A stretch of DNA of 64,000 bases from Patescibacteria group bacterium (GTDB lineage: Bacteria > Patescibacteriota > Patescibacteriia > SG8-24), in contig JBAYFM010000007.1 in assembly GCA_041667185.1 (NCBI GenBank), positions 4,296 to 68,295 of the forward strand, given 5' to 3'. Of this stretch, positions 37,332 through 52,155 are shown in pieces. The notes beneath the pieces were generated by a model, which saw only the letters and a program-made list of their open reading frames with translations, was not told the DNA's origin and did not search any database. A program made the position numbers and the translations under genes. Position 1 is the stretch's first letter. Each line of letters opens with the position of its first letter.

Positions 37332-37583
37332 TCAGCGTCCGATGGCGACGCCGATGCGATAATGGCTGCGTTCGATGTTCTCTTCATACCGGGCGTTGAA
37401 ACCTTCCTGCCGCAGACGGGCAGCCGCCGCGGCATAAGCCTTCTTGGTGAGCGACAGGTCGCCGGCATCGGAACGGACGATGACCTCGTGACAGATCCGG
37501 CCGTGCCAGCTCCGCCACCCCGAACCGCCAGGAAAACTTTTCAAGAGGTTATCGACCCGGCGCTGAAGTTCAGACCTGGGCAT
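37332..37583 (-). CDS. Hypothetical small protein (84 aa; start MPRSELQRRV)
   Basis: ATG overlaps the upstream gene end by 14 nt; GC-rich region so spurious ORF possible. Confidence 0.25.
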   Translation of the reverse strand: MPRSELQRRVDNLLKSFPGGSGWRSWHGRICHEVIVRSDAGDLSLTKKAYAAAAARLRQEGFNARYEENIERSHYRIGVAIGR

Positions 37584-38304
37584 GGCCGCACCCCTTATTG
37601 ATCGCGGCCCGGGGATACCGAGCGGCGAGAAAGATGCGGCCGGCTTCGAACGAGGGTGTCGACAGACCCGACAGGCGCTCGAGTCCGATCTCGAAACCAC
37701 TGCCGTCAGCGAGCCTTTGGATGACCGGACAAGCGATCTGATCGGCCGCGGCGTCGGCGGCACTCGCGGCGCTGATCGTGGCGAGCGTGCCCGTGGCCAT
37801 CAACCGATCCGGCAAGTCGTCCGCGTGCTCGGCGGCGAAAGCGACGAGCTGCGTCAGACTCGCGGGAACGAGTTCTTTGGCTAGCAGCATCTTCTCCACG
37901 TCGTGAAAACTCGTCTCCAGGTCGAAACGCAGCAACTTGAGACGCACGACCGATCCGGATTCCGAACCGGCCGCCATCGTCCATGATCCGCTGGCCAAAA
38001 GCTCGGCGGAACACCTGAGTTCCGGGGTAAGCAGCGATTCGAGGGCCAGGCCATCGATAGCTCTTACGGAATACTGCCGCAGACGCTCGCACACCCGGCT
38101 CCAGTCGGCCATCGCGGATGTTTCGTTTGGCGGCTGGATCGGCACGAACTCCTTCAGACACTGTTCCAGCCGGCCATCCATGACCGCGCGGATCAGGTGA
38201 AAATTGTCATGCAGCCGTCGGATCTGCTCGACGTTCGCGATGCCCAGCATCTGGCTAAAACGCTGCGAAACCCTCTCGATCAGGGCCCAATCGACGTTGG
38301 TCAT
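37570..38304 (-). CDS. Hypothetical protein (244 aa)
   Basis: GAGGAG RBS 7 nt upstream of ATG; no recognisable domain. Confidence 0.55.
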   Translation of the reverse strand: MTNVDWALIERVSQRFSQMLGIANVEQIRRLHDNFHLIRAVMDGRLEQCLKEFVPIQPPNETSAMADWSRVCERLRQYSVRAIDGLALESLLTPELRCSAELLASGSWTMAAGSESGSVVRLKLLRFDLETSFHDVEKMLLAKELVPASLTQLVAFAAEHADDLPDRLMATGTLATISAASAADAAADQIACPVIQRLADGSGFEIGLERLSGLSTPSFEAGRIFLAARYPRAAINKGCGHAQV

Positions 38305-38603
38305 GGGTAAAACTCCTCGCTTTCGTGACGTCAGCTATAAAAGAACGCCCGCTCAAACTAGCAGTATTCAGCCTAAAAGTCAAGGTGGCGGACGGCTGAA
38401 ATAAGGTCGACCCCGCCTTGCCAAACTCCGGACTTCTTGCTATATTTTTCCCGCATCGTTAAGATGTTTTTGCGTTATTTTGGGCGTATAGCTTCCCCTT
38501 TCGCCCCTCGGGAGGCTGCGGAGGTAGGCAGTTGATCAGAGCGCCGCACTGACCCAGTACAGAATCGGCAGTTCATTATAATCTCTCTGGTGGGCGTTCT
38601 CAT

Positions 38604-38680
38604 GGGCGTATAGCTCAGTTGGTTAGAGCGTCACACTGATAATGTGAAGGTCGATGGTTCGAATCCATCTACGCCCACCA
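38604..38680 (+). tRNA. tRNA-Ile (anticodon GAT), CCA encoded
   Basis: GGGCGTATAGCTCAGTTGGTTAGAGCG...CTGATAA anticodon loop...GGTTCGAATCC T-arm...TACGCCCACCA. Confidence 0.9.
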
Positions 38681-38798
38681 GAGAGATTAAAATGTTTGCC
38701 GATTATTGCGAGGCAAGCGCGGAAACCGCAGGTTGGCAAGCCGCCTGTTCAAAGGCTTACGCGACCATAATTTCTCGAGAGCGTGTCGGTCCAAAATT

Positions 38799-39332
38799 AT
38801 GCCCATCACTGAACTGGACGTTGTGATTCGTCTGGTCGTCATCACGGCCATTTCCGGATTCATCGGCCTGGAACGCGAGTATCACGCCAAGCCGGCCGGA
38901 CTCCGCACCAACATCATGGTGGGTCTTGGTTCGACCGTCATGACAATTGCCGGCCTCAGAGCCGTTGATCTGTTCGTCAACGCTCCCGTCGACCCGACCC
39001 GTATCGCCGGCCAGGTCATCACTGGCATCGGCTTCATCGGCGCTGGAGCGATCCTCCGACCGTCCGGCCGCGGTGTCAGCAATGTCGTCGGCCTCACGAC
39101 CGCCGCGACCTTGTGGGTGGTGAGTGGACTAGGCATTGCTGTGGGTATGGGTCTGTATTTAGAAGCCCTGCTCGCAACCCTCCTGGTTTTCTTCACTTTC
39201 TTCGTCCTGGGCAGAATGGTCACTTACATCCGCCGGCATTCCAAGAACTACCCGACGGACATCAAGGCTCACGAAGAGGCGGATGAAAAGACGAACCATG
39301 ACAATGAGGATCCATCAGGACGGGAATCATGA
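38799..39332 (+). CDS. mgtC: MgtC/SapB family membrane protein
   Basis: MPITELDVVIRLVVITAISGFIGLEREYHAKPAGLRTNIMVGLGSTVMT matches the MgtC N-terminal domain; listed longer ORF start is non-coding. Confidence 0.75.
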   Translation: MPITELDVVIRLVVITAISGFIGLEREYHAKPAGLRTNIMVGLGSTVMTIAGLRAVDLFVNAPVDPTRIAGQVITGIGFIGAGAILRPSGRGVSNVVGLTTAATLWVVSGLGIAVGMGLYLEALLATLLVFFTFFVLGRMVTYIRRHSKNYPTDIKAHEEADEKTNHDNEDPSGRES

Positions 39333-39362
39333 GACAGCGGAAGTAAATCGGTTTTCCGTGAC

Positions 39363-39437
39363 GCCGAGGTAGCTCAGTGGTAGAGCAGAGGACTGAAAAT
39401 CCTCGTGTCGCCAGTTCAATCCTGGCCCTCGGCACCA
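39363..39437 (+). tRNA. tRNA-Phe (anticodon GAA), CCA encoded
   Basis: GCCGAGGTAGCTCAGTGGTAGAGC...CTGAAAA loop...GTTCAATCC...CCTCGGCACCA. Confidence 0.9.
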
Positions 39438-39470
39438 CGGAAAGCCGATTTTTTGATAAGATGACGTCAT

Positions 39471-39546
39471 CGGGGCGTGGCCTAATGGCTAAGGCACTTG
39501 CTTTGGGAGCAAGGGATTGAGAGTTCGAGTCTCTCCGCCCCGACCA
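39471..39546 (+). tRNA. tRNA-Pro (anticodon TGG), CCA encoded
   Basis: CGGGGCG acceptor, anticodon stem CTTGC/GCAAG with loop TTTGGGA, T-arm GTTCGAGTC, 3' CGCCCCGACCA. Confidence 0.85.
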
Positions 39547-39573
39547 AATTTCATATGAATATCGGTTTCATCT

Positions 39574-39649
<76 letters not shown>

Positions 39650-39657
39650 CTGAAAAC

Positions 39658-39681
39658 GCTCCGCCACAGGCGGAGCTTTTT
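39658..39681 (+). terminator. Intrinsic terminator after tRNA-Gly
   Basis: GCTCCGCC-ACAG-GCGGAGC + T5. Confidence 0.65.
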
Positions 39682-39692
39682 CAATACCAAAC

Positions 39693-39911
39693 GGGTGATG
39701 GGAATCGAAGGGTATCCGAGGACGTGCCTAGTATGGCACGTCCGAGGAACCGGGGTGCGGCGCAAGCTGGCGTCGCGCCGCACGGGCGGGACGCACCCGC
39801 CCAGGGTTTCGCGAGTGATTCCGATTAAATACGAGCGAAACCGAAGGAGGCGGCGCACATGAGAACTTTTCCAGCGCCGCCGGGTGAGCCGGATTCCCAT
39901 CACCCGCTCCA
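39693..39911 (+). other. tRNA-Gly-derived structured element 1
   Basis: 5' GGGTGATGGGAATCGAA is the inverted tRNA-Gly T-arm/acceptor; 3' GATTCCCATCACCCGCTCCA is a direct copy of the tRNA 3' end; interior forms perfect hairpins (CCGAGGACGTGCC/GGCACGTCCGAGG, GTGCGGCGC/GCGCCGCAC, GGGCGG/CCGCCC, GGTTTCGC/GCGAAACC). Confidence 0.5.
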
Positions 39912-39917
39912 CAAAAA

Positions 39918-39943
39918 ATCCTCACCCGGTGTGAGGATTTTTT
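39918..39943 (+). terminator. Terminator-like hairpin after element 1 (ATCCTCAC-CCGGT-GTGAGGAT + T6, preceded by A6)
   Basis: Near-identical hairpin recurs at 40216-40241. Confidence 0.6.
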
Positions 39944-40198
39944 GTAGCTCAATGGTAAGCCCGCTTGATACACCAAGGAAAAGTTATGCGTGCTTGCGGC
40001 GAGAAGTGGCGGCCTTAGCCGCGCATCCGTAATGGTCCGGCTGCGCCGGACCGACGTCGTAGAGCTCCAGGTTTCCAACCTGGCCACGTGGGGTACGCCG
40101 CGAGCCGGCGCAGCGACGCACGGGCGGCAAGGGCCGCCCAGGGTCAACCGAATCATTTCCGATCCTAGACGAGGTCGACGATTCCCATCACCCGCTCA
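39943..40198 (+). pseudogene. Degenerate tRNA-Gly(TCC) copy with two ~90-100 nt insertions
   Basis: Contains TGTAGCTCAATGGTA (D-arm), then a 100-nt insert, then GTAGAGCTCCAGGTTTCCAACCTGGCCACGTGGGG (intact anticodon arm), then an 86-nt insert sharing CGCACGGGCGG...GCCCAGGGT...TTCCGAT blocks with element 1, then GATTCCCATCACCCGCTCA. The 5' acceptor strand is missing. Confidence 0.5.
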
Positions 40199-40215
40199 GT
40201 AAATAGAAATGAAAG

Positions 40216-40241
40216 ATCCTCACCTAGCATGAGGATTTTTT
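40216..40241 (+). terminator. Terminator-like hairpin after element 2 (ATCCTCA-CCTAGCA-TGAGGAT + T6)
   Basis: Paralogous to 39918-39943. Confidence 0.6.
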
Positions 40242-40251
40242 GTATAAGAAT

Positions 40252-40282
40252 TATAAAAGCGGCCCCTCCATGGAGGGGCCGC
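40252..40282 (-). terminator. Terminator for the AAA+ ATPase gene
   Basis: Minus-strand GCGGCCCCTCCATGGAGGGGCCGC + TTTTAT. Confidence 0.55.
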
Positions 40283-40307
40283 GTTGCGGTCTGATAAAGA
40301 TCCGGAC

Positions 40308-41564
40308 TCACTTGCTGCCAGGAGACAGCAGAACGGGACGGTGCTTGCGGTACAATCCGGGCTTGTTGAACTCATCCACGCGAAACATGAGTTCGTCACC
40401 GGGTTCGACTTCTCCGCCTTCGATGGCGTTGGCGAGCGGCAGCGCGACATGCTTGTTCACGATCTGCTGCAGTTCGCGCAAGCCGTACTCGCGGCTCACG
40501 CCTTCGTCGAGCAGGAACTCCTTGTAGCCGTCGCTGAAGCGGAGCTGCACCGGAACATTATTCGCCGCGACGCCGGTGAGCTTATCCTGCTCCTTCTTGA
40601 GCATGAGTTCGAGCACCCTGGCACTCTGTTCTCGATCGAGCGACCGGAAGACGATGATGTTGGTCCGGATGCGGCCGACGAACTCCGCGGGGAAGAACTT
40701 GTAGATGAGCTTCGACGTCTCCGTGTAGATGGCGGCATCGATCTCATCGGCATTGTCCTTTTCCGATCTCGTCGGCGGACGCAGACCGATCGTCTTGTCG
40801 TTTCCCGACAAGAGCTCGTTCGAACGCTGGCCGCCGATGTTGCAGGTCAGCATGATGACCGAACTCGAGAAGTCGGTGATGTCGCCGTTCGCTAGCGAAA
40901 GGCGACCGCCGTCGATGATGCGCAAAAGCGCGTTGTGCACCGTCCGGTGGGCTTTCTCGATCTCGTCGAACAATACCACGGACAAGTAGGGCTTGTTCCG
41001 CTGGTAGAATTCCGCGAGGAGACGCTCCATCTTCTTCGCATCCAAGTCCGGATCGACGCCATTCAGATTGGCGCGCACATGCTCGCGCCACTTCATCCAG
41101 AAATGAAAATCATCGATCTTCATCTGAGCCAGCTTGGGCGTGCCGTCGAAACCGACGTAACCCGGAGGCGAACCGATGAGTTCGGCGAGCTGATGATGCT
41201 CGGTGAACGTGGTGCAGTCGATGAACGTGAGCGGCGCATCCGCCTGATCGGCGATGAGCGCACGAGCCAATTCCTGGGCCATGAGCGTCTTGCCGACGCC
41301 GGTGGGACCAGCGAAGATGACCGCGTTGATCGGCTTCACCTGATCCTTGAGGCCGGCATGATAGATGGCAAAACTGCGGGCCAGACGTTCAGCCGCGCGA
41401 TCCTGGCCGATGACTCGGCTCGTCAGGAAGTCGTAGATCCGCTTCGTCTTGGGACCGAAAGCGTCCGACGAGACGTGCTCGGTGAACAGGCTTTCATCAT
41501 GAGCGAGCAGAGGTTTGGTGGACATGATCTGCCTCCCTAGCTGACGGTTGCGAAATCCGGACAC
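40308..41564 (-). CDS. Single-module AAA+ ATPase of the Clp/Hsp100 family (ClpA/ClpB D2-domain-like)
   Basis: VIGQDRAAERLARSFAIYHAGL, Walker A GPTGVGKT, Walker B VVLFDEIEKAH, sensor/arginine-finger region, C-terminal D2-small domain; no N-domain or second AAA module. Confidence 0.75.
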   Translation of the reverse strand: MSGFRNRQLGRQIMSTKPLLAHDESLFTEHVSSDAFGPKTKRIYDFLTSRVIGQDRAAERLARSFAIYHAGLKDQVKPINAVIFAGPTGVGKTLMAQELARALIADQADAPLTFIDCTTFTEHHQLAELIGSPPGYVGFDGTPKLAQMKIDDFHFWMKWREHVRANLNGVDPDLDAKKMERLLAEFYQRNKPYLSVVLFDEIEKAHRTVHNALLRIIDGGRLSLANGDITDFSSSVIMLTCNIGGQRSNELLSGNDKTIGLRPPTRSEKDNADEIDAAIYTETSKLIYKFFPAEFVGRIRTNIIVFRSLDREQSARVLELMLKKEQDKLTGVAANNVPVQLRFSDGYKEFLLDEGVSREYGLRELQQIVNKHVALPLANAIEGGEVEPGDELMFRVDEFNKPGLYRKHRPVLLSPGSK

Positions 41565-41761
41565 CGGATCCGATTTTATATGTCAACGAACACATTTATC
41601 CGCTGGCCTCATCTAAACAAAAAGGAGCAGAAAGGTCAATATCCGCTCGGACAACGATTTTTTGGCCCAACCCTGCGAAAATATCACTTGCGATAGCCAA
41701 TCAAACTAGGCCGCCGGCAAGGACCGATCCGCGCTTTCATGCCGACGCCACGGATCAACTT

Positions 41762-43009
41762 TCACCCGACTGGCTGGATCAACGGTATCTTTCTATTGCC
41801 CGCGAATACCAGCGCACCATCTCTCTTCATGGCTATCAGATTCTGCCAGGCCAGCCAGGCAATCACCGCCAGCAGAAGACCACTCGCGAACTTGTAGGTC
41901 CAGGCGAAAGGATCCAGACCGAACAGGATCGGAAATTGCAGATAGGCTGTCAGGCCCAACAAGACCAGCGCGACCGTTTCCCGCTTATCAGAGACTAGGA
42001 CAGCGAGCGGTATGAACCACACGACCCACTGCGGCGAAACAAAACGGTTGAAAAGCATGAACGGCAGCAGCAGGAACAGACAGGCGCGGATGAAAGCCTT
42101 CGCGTCAGCGATCCGACCGAAGACCAGCAGAAAAATGAAAGGAATGAACTGCAACAAGGAGAATATTCCGGCCAGGATGACCGCGAACCAAACGGAACCG
42201 CCGCCGAGGAAACTGGCCGCCCACAAGCTGATGTCGCCGAGCGAACCGATCTCAAAAGTCCGTCCCAGGTGGAACAGGATCGGCGACAGGAAAGCGTCCG
42301 GACCAGCCCAGATCAGGATGCCGCCGAGGAGGACGACCGGCGCCGCCGCTGCCGCCACCAGGACGCGGCGGCGGCCAGGCTCCGAACTGGACCCGGCCGC
42401 GCTCTGCGCCGCCAGCATGAGCAGCGGCAAAAGAAAGAAAGCTGGATAAAATTTGACCAGACCGCCCAGGATCAGCCAGAGAGCCGCTAGGACGCGACGA
42501 CCCCTGATCACTTCATGCGCCGCCGCGGCGACGAGCACCGCCGGCAGGATATCGAAACGCCAGACTGAAAAATAGATGACCCCGGGGAGAAAAAACAACC
42601 ACAAGTATTTAAGCGGCCGTCCGAGCGAAATGAGGATCTTCCCCGTGAGCCAGACCAGCAAGCCGAACAGAATACTCGTCAACAGAGCGAAAATATCCTG
42701 ATAGATGAAAGGGTTGGAAGTGAACAGCCGCGGCAAGGCCAGGAATAAGACGCCGGCCGGCGGATATTCCTGCGGCGACGCCGCGCTGTACGGACGGCCG
42801 CCGTCAGCCAGCCATTGGCCGCGTTCGAAATAAACTCGCATCTCCTGCTCGTCCCGCAAGAGCCGCAGACCGGAATCAAAAAATTCGCCATCGGAAAAAA
42901 GCGCCGGCGGAAGCAGTAGTCCGACCAGGGAAAAAACGAGGGCGAACAAAAAAGCCGCCGCGCCCCAATAACGAAGCTGAGCGGCGAGCGCGGCGCGATC
43001 ATTCATCAT
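41762..43009 (-). CDS. Polytopic integral membrane protein (GT-C/DUF2029-like), start overlapping the ruvC stop
   Basis: About 11 predicted TM segments; ATG of MMNDRAA overlaps the ruvC TGA (ATGA); listed longer N-terminal extension is Arg-rich non-coding. Confidence 0.6.
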   Translation of the reverse strand: MMNDRAALAAQLRYWGAAAFLFALVFSLVGLLLPPALFSDGEFFDSGLRLLRDEQEMRVYFERGQWLADGGRPYSAASPQEYPPAGVLFLALPRLFTSNPFIYQDIFALLTSILFGLLVWLTGKILISLGRPLKYLWLFFLPGVIYFSVWRFDILPAVLVAAAAHEVIRGRRVLAALWLILGGLVKFYPAFFLLPLLMLAAQSAAGSSSEPGRRRVLVAAAAAPVVLLGGILIWAGPDAFLSPILFHLGRTFEIGSLGDISLWAASFLGGGSVWFAVILAGIFSLLQFIPFIFLLVFGRIADAKAFIRACLFLLLPFMLFNRFVSPQWVVWFIPLAVLVSDKRETVALVLLGLTAYLQFPILFGLDPFAWTYKFASGLLLAVIAWLAWQNLIAMKRDGALVFAGNRKIPLIQPVG

Positions 43010-43521
43010 AGACGCGAGATCTTGGCCGCCAACCGACTGGTGTTCGCGAGCGTGATAGCAAGCGCAAGCGCGTCGGCGGCGTCGTCGGGCTTCGGTATTT
43101 CCTTGAGGCCGAGCAGGGCTTTGACCATGGCCTGGACCTGTTTCTTGCCGGCCGCGCCGTAACCGCTCACGGCGTCCTTGACCTCGCCGGGCGAGAACTC
43201 GCGGCACGGTATACCGCGCTCTTCGATGCAGAGCCTGATGACGCCGCGCGCTTCGGCGACGGCGATCGCGGTCTTCACATTCTTGGAAAAGAAAAGTTTT
43301 TCGATGCCGACCTCGGCCGGGCGATATTTATCCAGGAGCGCGCCGCAGTTCTCGTGCAGCCGCCGCAGCCGCTCGCCGCCCGGCATCCCGGCCGGCGTCT
43401 TCAGGCTGCCGTAAGCCAGACAACGCGGTCGGCCGGCCGACTGTTCGATCACGCCGAAACCGGCATCAGCGATGCCTGGATCGATCCCGATGAGCGTCAC
43501 AGACTCGGCCGAGACCGGCAT
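43006..43521 (-). CDS. ruvC: Crossover junction endodeoxyribonuclease RuvC
   Basis: IGIDPGIADAGFGVIE N-terminus and overall RuvC collinearity. Confidence 0.9.
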   Translation of the reverse strand: MPVSAESVTLIGIDPGIADAGFGVIEQSAGRPRCLAYGSLKTPAGMPGGERLRRLHENCGALLDKYRPAEVGIEKLFFSKNVKTAIAVAEARGVIRLCIEERGIPCREFSPGEVKDAVSGYGAAGKKQVQAMVKALLGLKEIPKPDDAADALALAITLANTSRLAAKISRL

Positions 43522-43522
43522 A

Positions 43523-44245
43523 TCAGATGTCGACGTTATAATAGATATTGTTCACGTCCTCGTCGTCGTCCAAAGCTTCGAACAAGCCTTCCAGTTTGGC
43601 TTGCGCTTCGGGATCAGCCACAGCCAGCATCTCTTTGGGCAGCCATTCCAGGCCGGCGCCGACGACCTTCAGTCCGAGTTTGTCCGCCGCCTCGCGCAAT
43701 CCATTCAAAGCCTCGACCGGACCAGTGACGTCGAGCCCCTCGGCGTCGGCCGCGATATCCTCGGCTCCGGCGTCGATGAGCGCCAGCTCCTCGGCTTCGC
43801 CGAGCGGCTGAGCGCGCTCGATCCGCAAAACACTTTTCCGCACGAACATCCACAGCACCGATCCGGCGCTGCCGAGATTGCCGCCGTGGACCGACAGGAT
43901 ATGTTTGATGTTGGAGCTGGTGCGATTCCGGTTGCTGGTCAGAGCCTCGACCACGACCGCCGCGCCGCCCGGACCATAGCCTTCATAGGTGACCTCTTCG
44001 ATATTCTCGCCCTCCGCGCCGCCGCTGCCGCGCTTGATGGCCCGTTCGATATTGTCTTTGGGCATGCTGCCGGCCTGCGCCAGTTCGATGGCGGTCCGCA
44101 GTTTGAAATTGAAATTCGGATCGCTCCCGCCCTCGCGGGCCGCGACCGTGATGACACGGGCGAGCTTGGTGAAAACCGCGGCCCGTTTGGAATCAGTGGT
44201 GCCTTTCTGATGTTTGACCTTGGCCCATTTGGAATGTTTGGACAT
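43523..44245 (-). CDS. yebC: YebC/PmpR family DNA-binding transcriptional regulator
   Basis: MSKHSKWAKVKHQKG...KLARVITVAAREGGSDPNFNFKLRTAIE matches YebC; conserved yebC-ruvC pairing. Confidence 0.85.
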   Translation of the reverse strand: MSKHSKWAKVKHQKGTTDSKRAAVFTKLARVITVAAREGGSDPNFNFKLRTAIELAQAGSMPKDNIERAIKRGSGGAEGENIEEVTYEGYGPGGAAVVVEALTSNRNRTSSNIKHILSVHGGNLGSAGSVLWMFVRKSVLRIERAQPLGEAEELALIDAGAEDIAADAEGLDVTGPVEALNGLREAADKLGLKVVGAGLEWLPKEMLAVADPEAQAKLEGLFEALDDDEDVNNIYYNVDI

Positions 44246-44261
44246 ATGAGAAGTTGGGGAG

Positions 44262-44440
44262 TTGGGAAGTGCTGGAGTGCGGGAGTCCTGAAGATTTGAA
44301 ATCAAGCTTCAGCACTCCAGTACTTCAAAACTTCTGCACTTCAGAAAAAGTTGAGGAGTTGGGAAGTGCGGGAGTGCTGGAGTGACGAAGACATCTTGTC
44401 TACCCAACTCCCTCACTTCCGCACTCTCCAACTCCTAAAG
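44262..44440. repeat. Two adjacent imperfect hairpin repeats built from GAGTTGGGAAGTGC(G/T)GGAGTG units
   Basis: GAAGTGCTGGAGTG...CACTCCAGTACTTC and GAGTTGGGAAGTGCGGGAGTG...CACTTCCGCACTCTCCAACTC inverted repeats. Confidence 0.6.
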
Positions 44441-44573
44441 AGTCTACCACTTGCCCTAAATTCGCTCAATATAGCCCCGATACAAGCCCGACAAAATGCT
44501 CTTTTTAAAGCAGCATCCGAAGACGGAGCCGCTTGGTAGCTCGGACTGGCTAAGAAGTTGGGAAGTGCAGGAG

Positions 44574-44613
44574 CACTCCAGCACTCCAGCACTCCAGCAC
44601 TCCAGCACTCCGA
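44574..44613. repeat. Microsatellite: 8-bp unit CACTCCAG x5
   Basis: Perfect tandem octamers read directly. Confidence 0.85.
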
Positions 44614-44620
44614 AGTATAA

Positions 44621-44647
44621 CCAAAACCCCGCCTGGTGAGGGCGGGG
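44621..44647 (-). terminator. Intrinsic terminator after rpoC
   Basis: Minus-strand CCCCGCCCTCACCAGGCGGGG + TTTTGG. Confidence 0.6.
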
Positions 44648-44685
44648 TTCGGCGGTTTTTCCAACCTTGATATTTTCTCTTCGGC

Positions 44686-48624
<3,939 letters not shown>

Positions 48625-48633
48625 GGCAATGAA

Positions 48634-52155
<3,522 letters not shown>

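Noticed and set aside
37332-37763. Full 143-aa version of the small minus-strand ORF between the two hypothetical genes
   Set aside because: Its upstream 60 codons overlap the 244-aa gene in another frame. Only the distal 84 codons from an ATG that overlaps the upstream stop are plausible, and even that is low confidence.
39693-40198. tmRNA (including permuted two-piece tmRNA) for the tRNA-Gly-derived elements
   Set aside because: There is no tag-peptide reading frame, no tRNA-Ala-like G3:U70 acceptor and no correctly oriented T-loop in element 1; the T-arm homology is inverted at the 5' end. The elements are about 220-250 nt, shorter than tmRNA.
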